Part shown: positions 62,655 through 64,000 of the stretch, in pieces
Numbering within the stretch: the first letter of the stretch is position 1
Layout: every line of letters starts with the position of its first letter
DNA from: Callorhinchus milii
Taxonomy: Eukaryota
Assembly (NCBI RefSeq): GCF_018977255.1
Contig: NW_024704743.1
Location: forward strand, 17,734,001-17,798,000
Length of the DNA stretch: 64,000 nt
Direction: 5' to 3'
Notes under the pieces: model-generated
The model's database searches: none
What the model was told of the DNA's origin: nothing
What the model saw: the letters and a program-made list of their open reading frames with translations, nothing else
Position numbers and translations under genes: made by a program

Positions 62655-63890
62655 CAACAACAACAAGATTCCATTTATAGAGCGCCTTTCACGTCGGGAG
62701 GACGTCCCAAGGCGCTGTACAGTTGGGTCAGGACCCGAGCAGGGGGGAAATGGTCAGGGTGAGGGGAGGGAGCGAGGAGGGGTAGAGAGTCGAGAGGGGA
62801 GCTAAAGGCGCGGTCAAAGAGAAAGGTCTTGAGACCGGCCTTGAAGGAGCAAAGGGAGGAGGCGGCGAAGGCACTGGGGGATAGAGTTCCAGAGCCTCGG
62901 GGCTGAGAGGCTGAAGGCCCGGCCACCGATGGTAGGGCGGTTGGGGCGGGGAATGTGGAGCAGACCGGAGCCAGAGGAACAGAGGGTACGCGCAGGTAGG
63001 TAGGGGGATAGTAGGTCAGAGAGGTAGGAGGGAGCAAGGCCGTGAATGGCCTTGTAGGTGAGGTTGAGGATCTTGAATTCGATCCTCTGGGGGATGGGGA
63101 GCCAGTGGAGGCGAGCGAGGGTGGGAGTGATGTGTTCCCGAAGCCTGGTGCGGGACAGTACACGAGCTGCAGAGTTCTGAATGACCTGCAGCTTGTGGAG
63201 GGAGGTGCCGGGAAGGCCGGCGAGGAGAGAGTTCCCATAGTCCAGCCTTGAGGTGATAAAGGTGTGGACCAGAGTTTCAGCAGCGTGAGGGTGAGGGAGT
63301 GCCGTAGTCTGGTGATATTCCAGAGGTGATGGAAGGCGGTGCCAGTTGTGGCGCAGATATGAGGGAGAAAGGACAGCTCAGGGTCGAACAGAACACAAGG
63401 TTCCTGACCGGCTTTGAGAGGTGGAGAGTGCAGCCTTGGATGCTGATGCTGTCAGCGCCAGAGGTGCGGAGGCGCTGACGTGAGCCAATCAGGAGGGCCT
63501 CAGTTTTACGCACGTTGAGCTGAAGAAGGTTGTCTCTCGTCCAGGCCTCGATGTCGGACAGGCAGCTGTCAGGACATCGGTGGTCGTGGAGTTGAGGGTA
63601 GAGGAGGAAAGGTAGAGTTGGGTGTCATCCGCATACATGTGGAAGTTAACCCCATGTCTGCGGATGATGTCACCACAGGGGGAGCATATAGAGGGTGAAG
63701 AGAAGGGGACCGAGGACAGAGCCCTGAGGGACACCACACGAGACAGTGCGGGGACTGGAGGAAAAGCCATTCGTGGAAACAAAGTGAAGACGATGGGAGA
63801 GGTACGACCTAAACCACTCAAGGACAGGGCCTTGAAGGTTGAGGTGGGAGGACAAGCGGTGGAGGAGGATAGCATGGTCGACCGTGTCGG
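62655..63890 (-). mobile_element. L2-clade LINE inserted into a CR1
   Basis: Minus-strand DTVDH..., [22 protein letters not shown] and a (ttg)n tail at 62655. TAAA on both sides. The CR1 sequence at 62283-62654 continues at 63891. Confidence 0.92.
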
Positions 63891-64000
63891 TAAAGACCTC
63901 TATCAGGTCACCCCTTACCCTTACCCTCCTCTTTTCAAGAGAAGAGTCCAAGTATGTTCAACCTTTCCTGATAGGTATAACTTGTCAGTTCTGGGATCAT

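Overview
Vertebrate genomic DNA. The L2/CR1 LINEs, tRNA-derived SINEs and Deu-type SINEs suggest a cartilaginous fish, possibly a chimaera; this is inference. Four protein-coding genes can be rebuilt exon by exon. (1) The 3' end of ADAM22 on +, with the 87-nt alternative cytoplasmic exon, the penultimate exon and the terminal LWETSI* PDZ-ligand exon, followed by a long, repeat-poor putative 3'UTR. (2) The complete 10-exon GTPBP10 (Obg-family GTPase, 370 aa) on -. (3) A complete FAM237-family neurosecretory protein precursor (133 aa) on +, at the FAM237B/NPGM position but with an NPGL-like, Gly-Leu-amide mature peptide. (4) The last four coding exons of CFAP69 on -, including a GC-AG intron. 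About 12 kb between GTPBP10 intron 1 and the FAM237 coding exon is dominated by tandem repeats, mostly G-rich on +. The most interesting points are the GL-amide peptide at the NPGM locus, a gene order that may preserve the ancestral ADAM22/23-FAM237 paralogon, several frame-preserving candidate microexons in the ADAM22 tail, and SINE copies shifted AT->GC into a CpG-island-like patch beside a recent 242-bp duplication. Gene identities rest on recalled protein sequences, not on database searches. I saw no evidence for a wholly new multi-gene system.
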